Below are positions 55,746-64,000 of a stretch of 64,000 bases of DNA, one piece after another; the stretch's first letter is position 1; each line of letters begins with the position of its first letter. Below the pieces are notes generated by a model. The model made no database searches. It was not told where the DNA came from and saw only the letters and a list, made by a program, of their open reading frames with translations. Source of the DNA: an uncultured virus (IMG/VR IMGVR_UViG_3300045119_000497) (Duplodnaviria > Heunggongvirae > Uroviricota > Caudoviricetes); IMG/VR virus record IMGVR_UViG_3300045119_000497, one strand, 5' to 3'. The position numbers were made by a program, and so were the translations under genes.

Positions 55746-56899
55746 ACCCGCGCCCAAATAACGCCCCCTGGCGGCTCTTGTGGCAATACGTCTGCTTATG
55801 GGATGAGGACCAGAACGGTCTCCAACCCGAGGCGAACGACGAGCCCGGTCTCCTCGAAGACCAAGACGGCGAAATCGACCCCGAAGCGGACGGCCCCGAG
55901 AACGGCGACGGCGAGGGTCTCGGCGAAGACGAAACCGAGGACGAGATCCCAATCGGCGACGAAGGCCCCGGCGACGACTACGGAATCTCCGAACCCGAAC
56001 CGTCGCCGCCACAAATTCCCGGCTTCCTCTTGTTGCGAAACGACAACGGCTCCGTCGACTATCTCCGCGAATTCGCTTCGTGGTGGGACTTCGCCACTGC
56101 GGCCGGCGACGCGTCATTGACCGCGTGGCGCTCCGAGAACCGCACTTCGCAAGAGATCGACCGTGAGTCGTGGGCCGGAACCCGCAGTTTCGACGAGGCA
56201 ATGGACATGGCCCTTCGTCGCGGCTGGCCCGAAGGCCGAGAGTTGCTGCGAGATAGCCTCGTTTCGGTCCGTCCCCGACCCAAGGTTTACGAAAGCCTCG
56301 AATTCGAAGTGGCCGGCGCGGTTCCATGCGTTCCGGTCTATTGCGCTGGCGACCCCGCGTGGATGATTTCCGACCCCGGCGCCAGCACCCGCGCAGCCAA
56401 GCCAATCGTCCGCATCGACTACAATCACTGGGTCCACTCCGGCGTGGACATCAAGTCGATGATGCTCCGCGGCGCTGCGATCGTTTCGCTCGCCGACTCT
56501 CTGGAACGCCAAGGCCTTTCGGTCGAACTCCGCATCATCGGCAACTCCAAGGACTTCGACAGCAGGGCCACCTTCAGATATTCTATCACCTACAAACAAG
56601 CAGGCGAACCTCTCGACTTGGATCGGGCGGCATTCGCGATTGCGCATCCAGCGTCGATGCGCCGCCTCGCCTTCTCTATCCTCGAACAACACAAGGAACT
56701 CGAACGGTCGATGCGCGGCAACTACGGCGTTCCGCTCTACGAACAAAACCCGAGCGGCGACACACGGACTTTGGACTCCATGACCGTCCTGTTCATTCCC
56801 GGCCCTCGCGGCCGCGAAACCCCCGACTCGGCAAATGCAGCGGTGACTAAAGCCGCGTCAAATCTCCTCAACCAGCTCAACGAAAGGCTTGCGGCATGA
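55742..56899 (+). CDS. vWA-like (CobT-like) partner of the AAA+ ATPase
   Basis: Acidic N-terminal linker; VAGAVP.VP..AGDP, RGAAIVSLADSLE..G..VEL, AHPASMRR. Confidence 0.7.
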   Translation: MNPRPNNAPWRLLWQYVCLWDEDQNGLQPEANDEPGLLEDQDGEIDPEADGPENGDGEGLGEDETEDEIPIGDEGPGDDYGISEPEPSPPQIPGFLLLRNDNGSVDYLREFASWWDFATAAGDASLTAWRSENRTSQEIDRESWAGTRSFDEAMDMALRRGWPEGRELLRDSLVSVRPRPKVYESLEFEVAGAVPCVPVYCAGDPAWMISDPGASTRAAKPIVRIDYNHWVHSGVDIKSMMLRGAAIVSLADSLERQGLSVELRIIGNSKDFDSRATFRYSITYKQAGEPLDLDRAAFAIAHPASMRRLAFSILEQHKELERSMRGNYGVPLYEQNPSGDTRTLDSMTVLFIPGPRGRETPDSANAAVTKAASNLLNQLNERLAA

Positions 56900-57279
56900 C
56901 CAGGAAACCCGAAACCCCACCCGAATCCTTCCGCTGCCCCATCGTCGGAATGAAATACTACCCCGGCGCGCTCGCGATCGTCACCAACCTCCCAGTCGGA
57001 ACCCCCTTGTTCGCCCTCGCGGAACCCACCAACCCACACGACCCAAACGCCATCCAAGTTTGGATCGAAACCCGCCACATCCCACAAGTCACTCTCGATC
57101 GCGTCCCGAACTCCGGCCGGCTCGCCTCAGCGTCCGCCTGGCAACTCGGACACATCGCCCGCGAATTCGCTGCGAAACTCAAAATGATTGGGTTTCCAGA
57201 GGATTGCGAAATCGCCGGAACCCTCCAGATCGGGAACGACGGCGGAAGTCGTATCACCCTAACGAAGACCTGGAGCTAA
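56896..57279 (+). CDS. HIRAN domain protein
   Basis: IVGMKYY..AEPTNPHDPNAIQV..LGHI. Confidence 0.88.
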   Translation: MTRKPETPPESFRCPIVGMKYYPGALAIVTNLPVGTPLFALAEPTNPHDPNAIQVWIETRHIPQVTLDRVPNSGRLASASAWQLGHIAREFAAKLKMIGFPEDCEIAGTLQIGNDGGSRITLTKTWS

Positions 57280-57301
57280 CCCAACCTCTGGAGAAACCAA
57301 A

Positions 57302-57610
57302 ATGACCACGAAGATCAACTCCAACGCCTTCTACACCATTCTAATGACCAACTTCGCCCTCGCCCGGGACGAGATCAAACTCGCAACCGACGAGGACGTC
57401 ACCTTCTTTATCTTCTCGGTCCATTCCTACAAAGGGCCGCAAAACCCGCAAATCACCATCAAGAACGACAAATACGGCGATGAAAAGATCGAGGTCGAAG
57501 GCTCCTCACTCTCGGACCTCGTCGATGAGTTCATCCGACGGAAGAAGTTCTCCAACGCCCAGGCGAATCTTCGTCTCGGCCCGCCCCAAATCGAAGGAGA
57601 AATCTCATGA
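57302..57610 (+). CDS. hypothetical protein
   Basis: GGAG RBS. Confidence 0.65.
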   Translation: MTTKINSNAFYTILMTNFALARDEIKLATDEDVTFFIFSVHSYKGPQNPQITIKNDKYGDEKIEVEGSSLSDLVDEFIRRKKFSNAQANLRLGPPQIEGEIS

Positions 57611-58005
57611 CTAAAGTCTTCATCAAACTCGACTTGAGCGTTGTCCAAGAGGCCATCAAGGCGAAGGTTCCCGCCGCCGTCGAGGACGTGCTCCGTCGCT
57701 ACGACCTCCAACGCCTCATCGAAACAGCGATCACATCCGACAAAACGCCCGAGATACCAACGACACACGACAAGCCCATGCTCGAACCAACGATCTGGAG
57801 CCTAATATCGCCGTCACTATCCTCGCCACGGAGCATTTTCGAACAGTCTATGAACTCGGCAATTGCCGAGGCGCTCGACGAAGCGGCGACCAAGTACCTT
57901 CAATCCCACCCTGAGATCCTACAACCCGCTCTCGACCGTGCCATTCCGAAGGCCCTCGCGAAACTCAAATTTCGAATCGAGGAGGACGACAACGATGACG
58001 ACTGA
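57607..58005 (+). CDS. hypothetical protein
   Basis: AAGGAG RBS, ATGA-coupled. Confidence 0.65.
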   Translation: MTKVFIKLDLSVVQEAIKAKVPAAVEDVLRRYDLQRLIETAITSDKTPEIPTTHDKPMLEPTIWSLISPSLSSPRSIFEQSMNSAIAEALDEAATKYLQSHPEILQPALDRAIPKALAKLKFRIEEDDNDDD

Positions 58006-58199
58006 CACTCAGGGCCGCCCCAACGACGAGGACCTAGTCGGCATCTATCGAAAAGAAGGTTTCGTCCGATGATCGCCCGCGCGATCATATTCTATGTCGG
58101 CATCTGGCTCGTTCTCATCGCTGCCACACAGACCGTCGAACCAACCTCCACCACCCCCGGCTCAATCGCCGACCTCACCCTTCACGGAAAGTTTTCGAA

Positions 58200-58532
58200 A
58201 TGAAAACCCAAAGCGACCAAATCCTCGACCTCGTCAACGCAATGAACCGAGCGAAGGCGAGCGGCAAGACCGATGCCGAAAAGGCTAAGTCGAAGGCTTG
58301 GTTTGTCCTTCTCCAGAAGATTAAGGACGAATGTGACGCGACCCATTCCGAGACCGAGGAAGAATCCCTCTCGGGAACCAAACTTGAAACAGCGGACATT
58401 CTCAACGTCCTTGCCGCCATCACCGGCTGGCACATCGGAACCTATTCCAAGAACCAAACGGGCGAAGCCATGCTTCTCCTCGCCTTCGTCGACCGTCTTA
58501 GCCAAGCTGTTGCCATGGCAAAAGGACTCTAG
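58200..58532 (+). CDS. hypothetical protein
   Basis: In operon. Confidence 0.6.
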   Translation: MKTQSDQILDLVNAMNRAKASGKTDAEKAKSKAWFVLLQKIKDECDATHSETEEESLSGTKLETADILNVLAAITGWHIGTYSKNQTGEAMLLLAFVDRLSQAVAMAKGL

Positions 58533-58543
58533 GAGGAAACCCA

Positions 58544-59059
58544 ATGACCCGCTACGCCATCATCGAACCGCAAGCGCGGAAGATCCGCACGGGACTTTTC
58601 AACGACTACCGAGACGCCGTCCGCGATGCCGGACTCAATCCCAGCGAACTCGACTTCGGAACCTGCGCTAGGTGGCCAGACGGAAGGACGCTCTCCATCA
58701 TCGTCTACGAGTTCGGCCTCATGAACGGCGACCCTTCGGCATACTTTGGCTTCAACGGAAGCCTTTACAACGGACCTGCGGTCCTCTTCATGGCCAATTC
58801 CGAAGGCGAAACCATCGACATCTCTGAGGCTCTAGTCGCGCACTTTGCCTCCGAGTCGTGTCCGCATTTCCTCTGGTTCGCTGATCTCTCCGAGGTCGAA
58901 GACGCGATCCGACTCCGAAAGATCGCGCGCCCCCAAAGTGCCGTGAACGGAAAAGTCGTATGGCAGTGGACCGGCAAGGCGGAGAATATCGACCGGTTCA
59001 AAAGCGACATGTCCAATGAGATGCAAAATCTCCTCAAGAAAGGAACATCCGATGTCTGA
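58544..59059 (+). CDS. hypothetical protein
   Basis: AGGAGG RBS. Confidence 0.7.
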   Translation: MTRYAIIEPQARKIRTGLFNDYRDAVRDAGLNPSELDFGTCARWPDGRTLSIIVYEFGLMNGDPSAYFGFNGSLYNGPAVLFMANSEGETIDISEALVAHFASESCPHFLWFADLSEVEDAIRLRKIARPQSAVNGKVVWQWTGKAENIDRFKSDMSNEMQNLLKKGTSDV

Positions 59060-59285
59060 ATTAAAGCCCAACTACAATCACGACCTTCGGCCATCATCAG
59101 CCAATCCTGGTCCGCTCACGACCGAGCGCGTCTGGACCATTTGTGAACTCATCATCTACCGGTTCCGGGACAAGATGGCAGCCAAGGATAGCCTAGCATA
59201 CAAGGACTGTTGTACCATCGCCGACGAAGTTCGTGAAATTCGTATGGCGTGGGAACGGTACGATCGTTTTGGGAGCCAGGGATGA
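59052..59285 (+). CDS. hypothetical protein
   Basis: AAGGA RBS, MSELKPNY... Confidence 0.55.
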   Translation: MSELKPNYNHDLRPSSANPGPLTTERVWTICELIIYRFRDKMAAKDSLAYKDCCTIADEVREIRMAWERYDRFGSQG

Positions 59286-59575
59286 GCGCGGAACTCGTTC
59301 GACGCTACTTCGAGGAGAAAAATCTCACGAGCCTCGTCACTTTGTTCGAAGCTTTGACCGAGCAACGTGACCGCTCAGAGCTTCTCACTCGGAGCTATCT
59401 CCATCAAATAAAACTCCTCTCGGAGAAGTTCCAAGCCATCACCGAACCCAAGACAGGCCGACCCGTGACGGAACGCGTGGAGCGTGGCGAGAGGCGTGAC
59501 GCAACCGAACCACGCTCCACGAAACCCTTCGCGAAACCAGCGGCGAAACCTACCGTCGAAGCAATGGAACTTTGA
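59282..59575 (+). CDS. hypothetical protein ending in ...VEAMEL
   Basis: ATGA-coupled; coiled coil plus basic tail. Confidence 0.7.
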   Translation: MSAELVRRYFEEKNLTSLVTLFEALTEQRDRSELLTRSYLHQIKLLSEKFQAITEPKTGRPVTERVERGERRDATEPRSTKPFAKPAAKPTVEAMEL

Positions 59576-59631
59576 CGGGATGAAAATGTATGCCCAAGGG
59601 GGAGACCCCCTCCGGCATACCAAATCAGCCC

Positions 59632-59660
59632 TTGACCCCCCTCTCATACTCCCTTACGAT
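59632..59660 (+). promoter_or_regulatory. Sigma70 promoter (TTGACC-17-TACGAT)
   Basis: Near-consensus hexamers with a 17-nt spacer in an intergenic gap. Confidence 0.65.
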
Positions 59661-59673
59661 AACAGGCAAGCCA

Positions 59674-60036
59674 ATGACCGACACACCTCTCGATCCAACG
59701 ACAAACCCCGATGCCCAAGAAGCCCTGTCAACGCGCTATGGCAGCGAGGCCCTGATTCTCGTGGTGTTAAAAAGTGGCAACATCGCGATCTTTGGTCGCG
59801 ACTCTCAACTCCACACCATCCTCTACGACGCCCCCTCGGTCGACGAGTTGCGGCGATTGAGTCGTGAAATCGCCACGAAGTTGTTGCGCCAAAAGGTCCT
59901 CGACGCCGAATCAGCCTTCCTCGGCGAACCTTCCGACCGTCAAATGGCCCGCGACCTCCGGCGCGAGGCGAGCGGCGAACGGCGAGCAGTAAGCATTCCG
60001 CGTCCCTCCCGCTCAATCGAACCGATGGAACTATAG
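59674..60036 (+). CDS. hypothetical protein ending in ...IEPMEL
   Basis: ATG just downstream of the promoter. Confidence 0.7.
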   Translation: MTDTPLDPTTNPDAQEALSTRYGSEALILVVLKSGNIAIFGRDSQLHTILYDAPSVDELRRLSREIATKLLRQKVLDAESAFLGEPSDRQMARDLRREASGERRAVSIPRPSRSIEPMEL

Positions 60037-60048
60037 GACAAAACCCCA

Positions 60049-60318
60049 ATGATCGCCAACCAGCGCCTCACCCTCACCGAACTTGTCGACCGAGAGTCGC
60101 GAGAGATCGCCAAAGAGATTCTCGAAAAGAGATTGGCCGAGCAAGACTTGCCGCTTCCCGAAAGCGGCATCGACATCCACATCAATGAACTTCTGTCCGT
60201 GAGTCCGCGAATCCGCGAAGCGGCTCGGGAGCGGGTGGAGTTGCGCCTCGATGCCTATTCGAAGGCCCTCAAGGCGATCGGCATCGACCCCACCCCGATC
60301 GAAGCTATGGAACTCTGA
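60049..60318 (+). CDS. hypothetical protein ending in ...IEAMEL
   Basis: AGGA RBS. Confidence 0.75.
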   Translation: MIANQRLTLTELVDRESREIAKEILEKRLAEQDLPLPESGIDIHINELLSVSPRIREAARERVELRLDAYSKALKAIGIDPTPIEAMEL

Positions 60319-60326
60319 GTCGAGTC

Positions 60327-60557
60327 GTGTCCCTCCAATCCGAAATCGCCTACGGAATCCTCCGCGAAGCCCTTTCGTCCGAACACGGAATCCAAATTGT
60401 GATCCACGACCCACCGACGCCGGTCCCTGCGAAATCGCTCCGGGCGAAGTCGATTCTCCTACGATTCAAGAACGAAAACCCGGACGAATTCGGCACCTTG
60501 GTCATCCGTCCCGCGCCCTACGACCCCAACAACCGTCTCTGGATCACGAAGGAATAA
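60327..60557 (+). CDS. hypothetical protein
   Basis: GTG start, in operon. Confidence 0.6.
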   Translation: MSLQSEIAYGILREALSSEHGIQIVIHDPPTPVPAKSLRAKSILLRFKNENPDEFGTLVIRPAPYDPNNRLWITKE

Positions 60558-60561
60558 AACG

Positions 60562-61062
60562 ATGGCTTCGGACAAACCACTCACCATAATAACACAAGAA
60601 CGACTAAAATATTGGTTAACCTATAATCCTGAGCTAGGACAATTCTATTGGAACAATGCTCCGAGACAAGGAATTAAAAAAGGTTCAATAGCTGGGGCTG
60701 CCAAGAGTGGATATTGTCATATTGGACTAGAAAAAATATCATATAGCGCGCATCGACTAGCGTGGCTATATATGACGGGTAGATGGCCAACAGATGAAAT
60801 AGACCATATCGACGGAGATGGTTTTAACAACAAATGGTCAAATCTTAGGGAGGCAACTAGATCACAGAACCAAGCGAATCGCCAATTTCAGGACATAGCA
60901 GGATTTACCTTAATAGGAAAAAACCACTATCGAGTTAAAATAGGACACCAAGTCCTAGGAACTTTTTCTTCTGAAAAAGAAGCTCGTGCCGTATACTTAA
61001 AAGCAAGAAAAGAACGTTATGGAGAATTCAATCCAGACCATATATTGAGGGAGAAACCCTAA
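60562..61062 (+). CDS. HNH homing endonuclease
   Basis: YNPELGQFYW, AHRLAWLYMTG, IDHIDGDGFNNKWSNLREAT..N, LGTF..EA; AT-rich. Confidence 0.92.
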   Translation: MASDKPLTIITQERLKYWLTYNPELGQFYWNNAPRQGIKKGSIAGAAKSGYCHIGLEKISYSAHRLAWLYMTGRWPTDEIDHIDGDGFNNKWSNLREATRSQNQANRQFQDIAGFTLIGKNHYRVKIGHQVLGTFSSEKEARAVYLKARKERYGEFNPDHILREKP

Positions 61063-61271
61063 TGGCTTCTGATCGCCCACTAACCCGCATCTGCGTCCGG
61101 GTCTTCAAGGCGGACTACGACAAAGCCTGCGACGTGGCAGCGGCCCGAGGCGTCCCCGTCAACGAAATAATCCGCCAGGCTCTACACACCGTGATCCTCC
61201 ACCTCAACGACCTCGAACGCAAGGCTCTCGACACAACAGAACGGCCGAGACTCGTCGACGCCGCTCAATAA
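61062..61271 (+). CDS. Ribbon-helix-helix DNA-binding protein
   Basis: RICVRVF beta strand followed by ARGVPVNEIIRQAL helices. Confidence 0.7.
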   Translation: MASDRPLTRICVRVFKADYDKACDVAAARGVPVNEIIRQALHTVILHLNDLERKALDTTERPRLVDAAQ

Positions 61272-61285
61272 AAGGACCAACCCCG

Positions 61286-61546
61286 ATGCCAACCCGCTAC
61301 GTCTCGAACGCCCGAACTCGCGCCGAACTCCACGCCGAGTTCCTCTCCGACCTTCAACGTCGCCTCGACGACCTGGACAAGTACCTCCGAACCCAGGTGC
61401 GAAGCGTGACCGAATCCGCGCGCATCGCCCGAGCGAGGAACGAACTCCTCGATCTCCAAGACTATTGGAAGCACATCGAACTCGCCCACGAAACCGAACC
61501 CACCACCGCACAGCCCGGAACCCGTCTCGGACTCGGAGCCGCGTAG
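61286..61546 (+). CDS. hypothetical protein
   Basis: AAGGA RBS. Confidence 0.65.
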   Translation: MPTRYVSNARTRAELHAEFLSDLQRRLDDLDKYLRTQVRSVTESARIARARNELLDLQDYWKHIELAHETEPTTAQPGTRLGLGAA

Positions 61547-61894
61547 ATGCCCTTCCAACCAAACGAAAACTTGACCGCCGCCCTTCGAGGCACGCTCCGA
61601 ATCGTCGAAGCGGAAGCGAAACGTGAAGTCCAAGTTCCGAGTCCCGAACAACCCATCCCAACCGGCCCGTCACCGCTCTCCGAAGTCGAGGCCAACTCTC
61701 TCGACGAAGAGATCGACCGAATCAACCAACATTTCATCGACGGAACCCCCGAGAAGATCACCGACGACGCACTCGACCGCGCCATCGACCGCTTTCGGGC
61801 CGAGGCACTCAAGTGGGAACAGGACGAACAAACCAAAAAGTCCAAGGCCCGGACCACCACCAAGCGACTTCATGTCGAGGCGATGGAACTCTAA
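61547..61894 (+). CDS. hypothetical protein ending in ...VEAMEL
   Basis: GGAG RBS; directly precedes the exonuclease. Confidence 0.75.
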   Translation: MPFQPNENLTAALRGTLRIVEAEAKREVQVPSPEQPIPTGPSPLSEVEANSLDEEIDRINQHFIDGTPEKITDDALDRAIDRFRAEALKWEQDEQTKKSKARTTTKRLHVEAMEL

Positions 61895-61895
61895 G

Positions 61896-62912
61896 ATGGA
61901 CACCCTTCTCGAAACCATCGAAGAGGTTCGCGACGAGACCGAAACCGCATCTGCGCCGGCGGTCAATTCCTCCTTCTCGACCATCGAACCGCGACTTCAA
62001 ATCGCTCACGACTCCACCTCGATCAAGGCCGGAATGAAATGCTGGCGCTACTATGAATATTCAATTCTTCACGGCTACGGACTGTCCGGCCCCGAAAACG
62101 ACCATCTGGTCTTCGGCACCATCTTCCATGCCGCGACCGAGCTTTACGACCGCCTCACAGCCCGTGGCGCGGACCACCAAAGCGCAGTTCGTGGCGCGAT
62201 CCGCTATACCCTGGCGGCCACTTGGGACTTCGAACTCGGCCGCCCCTGGGTGAGTCAGGAACCGACCAAAAGCCGCGACACCCTGCTTCGCACGGTCATC
62301 TTGTACTTAGACAAGTACAAAGATTCCCATCTGGAAACTTTGATCCTCGCCAACGGCAAACCTGCCGTCGAACACCACTTCCACATCGACATCGAAATCC
62401 AATCTCCCACCGGCGAAGACTACATTCTTGTCGGTCATCTCGACAAGGCTGTCATGTTCGGCGACTCCGTGAAGATCATCGACAAGAAAACCACCAAAGC
62501 AGCCCTGGACGACCATTACTTCAAGCAGTTCTCTCCCGACATTCAAATGTCCCTTTACACCTTTGCCGGGAAGATCATCTTCTCCTCCGAAATAGATGGC
62601 ATCATGATCGACGCCGCTCAGATTCTCGTCAACGGCAGCCGATTCGTCCGCCAACCAATCACTCGCTCCGACGGCGAACTCGACGAATTCTTCCGCGACT
62701 TCCAAATCTACGCCAAAGAACTCGAACGCAACATCAGCGACAACTATTGGCCCAAGCGCGAAACCTCATGCGGCTTCGGTCGGTATCGTTGCGCCTTCTC
62801 CCCCGTTTGTTCCAGCGACCCCGCAGTGCGGCAAGAAATCCTGGACCGTTTTTACACCAAACGCAAAGCCTGGGACCCCAAGGTTCCAAGAACAGAAGAC
62901 AAGGAAATATAA
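61896..62912 (+). CDS. RecB/Cas4-like PD-(D/E)xK exonuclease
   Basis: KCWRYY, FGTIFHAATE, GHLD..IIDKKT, QMSLY, C-terminal C..C..C (Fe-S type). Confidence 0.88.
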   Translation: MDTLLETIEEVRDETETASAPAVNSSFSTIEPRLQIAHDSTSIKAGMKCWRYYEYSILHGYGLSGPENDHLVFGTIFHAATELYDRLTARGADHQSAVRGAIRYTLAATWDFELGRPWVSQEPTKSRDTLLRTVILYLDKYKDSHLETLILANGKPAVEHHFHIDIEIQSPTGEDYILVGHLDKAVMFGDSVKIIDKKTTKAALDDHYFKQFSPDIQMSLYTFAGKIIFSSEIDGIMIDAAQILVNGSRFVRQPITRSDGELDEFFRDFQIYAKELERNISDNYWPKRETSCGFGRYRCAFSPVCSSDPAVRQEILDRFYTKRKAWDPKVPRTEDKEI

Positions 62913-62913
62913 A

Positions 62914-63576
62914 ATGTCCGAAACGACCGACCTTGAAATCCAAAACGCCGAAGTCGACGACCTAAGGCCGAACGGCACCCTCGTTGTCGCGAACGAATCC
63001 CCACCACCTGCGGTCTCATCGCCGTCGCAACTCCTCTCCGCCATTATCGAGATGGCAAAGGACAAATCTCTCGACCTCGACCGTCTCGAAACGCTTCTCG
63101 AAATGCAACAAAAGATGGAAGTTCGTCAGGCAGAAGTTGAATTCGCCCAAGCTCTCGCTCGGCTTTCTGCAAAAATGCCTCACGTTTCAAAAAACGGAAC
63201 CGTTTCCCTCGGCCAAGGCAAGGGCTCTTATAGATTTGCCAAATGGGAAGATATGGACAAAATAATTCGCCCTTTAATGGCCGAAGAAGGATTCGTTCTA
63301 TCATTCGACTCGAAACCCGACGACAACAGAATCATAATAACCGGAACCCTTCTACACAAGCTCGGCCACTCACGTTCTGCGTCGATGCAACTCCCCATCG
63401 ACTCATACGGCAGCGGAACCGGACGCAACGAACTCCAAGCCCGCGGCGGAACTCTCGCCTACGGCAAACGCTACACCGCAGAAATGCTTCTGAACATCGT
63501 CCGTGAAGGCGATGACACCGACGGCCAAAGCGGCCCCAAAGGTTTCGGGGCCGGCGAAACCGTCGGAAAACGCTGA
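62914..63576 (+). CDS. erf: ERF-family single-strand annealing protein
   Basis: YRFAKWEDM..IRPLM..GF, LLHKLGH, QARGGTLAYGKRY, DDTDG. Confidence 0.9.
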   Translation: MSETTDLEIQNAEVDDLRPNGTLVVANESPPPAVSSPSQLLSAIIEMAKDKSLDLDRLETLLEMQQKMEVRQAEVEFAQALARLSAKMPHVSKNGTVSLGQGKGSYRFAKWEDMDKIIRPLMAEEGFVLSFDSKPDDNRIIITGTLLHKLGHSRSASMQLPIDSYGSGTGRNELQARGGTLAYGKRYTAEMLLNIVREGDDTDGQSGPKGFGAGETVGKR

Positions 63577-63602
63577 CCAAACCTCCAGAAAGGAAAACGA
63601 AG

Positions 63603-64000
63603 ATGACCGACGAAACCAACCCTCTCTCGCGAACCTACCACAACCACAAAATCGAATTCCATCCCTCGGACCTGAAGTTCCACGTCTCCGGCCCCGAGTT
63701 CGAACACTTTAAGGAATCCTATTGTACGTTCCCGTCCTTTGACGAGGCGCGCTCCCAGATCGACAAACTGGTCGACGACGCCGCCAAGTTCAAGGCTCAG
63801 AACTCAAAGTTCGAGGCACGGGTCTGCGACGAACACGGAAACCTGACAACCATCACCGGAATAAACCGCTCCACCGGTCGCATCCAAGGCGTCGACACCC
63901 GCTACATCTATCCCGATGTCGAATGGGTCGTCACGGATCTACGGCGCTACGATGTCCTCTGGACCGAACTCAAACAGATCGAAAACCGAATCTCGCCCCT
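63603..64000 (+). CDS. hypothetical protein (3' truncated)
   Basis: AAAGGA RBS; ORF MTDETNPLSR... runs off the window. Confidence 0.6.
   Translation, partial: MTDETNPLSRTYHNHKIEFHPSDLKFHVSGPEFEHFKESYCTFPSFDEARSQIDKLVDDAAKFKAQNSKFEARVCDEHGNLTTITGINRSTGRIQGVDTRYIYPDVEWVVTDLRRYDVLWTELKQIENRISP

Larger units (their letters stand above)
1..64000. mobile_element. Tailed dsDNA bacteriophage genome segment (siphovirus-like, probable alphaproteobacterial host)
   Basis: Terminase, portal, protease, capsid, tail tube, tape measure, GTA-like tail tip, lysis, PolA, NrdJ, ERF and exonuclease genes are densely packed with ATGA/GTGA overlaps; no host housekeeping genes. Confidence 0.95.

Noticed and set aside
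8747..61546. Several proteins ending in Ala-Ala (ISAA, RIAA, RVAA, RLAA, LGAA) as ClpXP degrons
   Set aside because: Some are explained by GCATGA start/stop overlaps and Ala richness at high GC; cannot be separated from chance without statistics.
61896..62912. Cas4 or CRISPR association
   Set aside because: No array or other cas genes; its position next to erf fits a recombination exonuclease.
1..64000. tRNA genes, integrase/att sites, introns, inteins
   Set aside because: None recognisable by eye; polA, nrdJ and terL motifs are contiguous.

Overview
The whole 64 kb window looks like a large part of a tailed dsDNA phage genome (siphovirus-type, roughly 60% GC by eye), most likely infecting an alphaproteobacterium (GTA-like tail-tip genes, Rcc01079-like head-spike base, class II RNR, BTLCP peptidase). 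There are three blocks. (1) 1-8760 (+): replication and nucleotide genes (family A DNA polymerase cut by the window edge, P-loop helicase-like protein, MazG-like pyrophosphohydrolase, DUF3310, NrdJ, DUF5672). (2) 8747-51414 (-): a long late operon: small terminase, Q-like regulator, large terminase, portal, a ~15 kb insert of head fibre/decoration and glycosylation genes, protease, capsid, tail and lysis genes. (3) 52220-64000 (+): early genes (AAA+/vWA-like pair, HIRAN, many small ORFs, HNH, RecB-like exonuclease, ERF). No integrase, tRNA or CRISPR array was seen. The two most striking unexplained signals are seven unrelated small proteins that all end in the same C-terminal peptide (M-E/D-L-stop, conserved at protein and not DNA level), and several virion-cluster proteins with signal peptides and paired cysteines. 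Other oddities: a portal fused to a pyrophosphatase-like domain, a naturally split transglutaminase-like peptidase after three tandem lipoproteins, and a lambda pR'/tR'-like late control leader. All family assignments come from motif recognition by eye; no searches were run.
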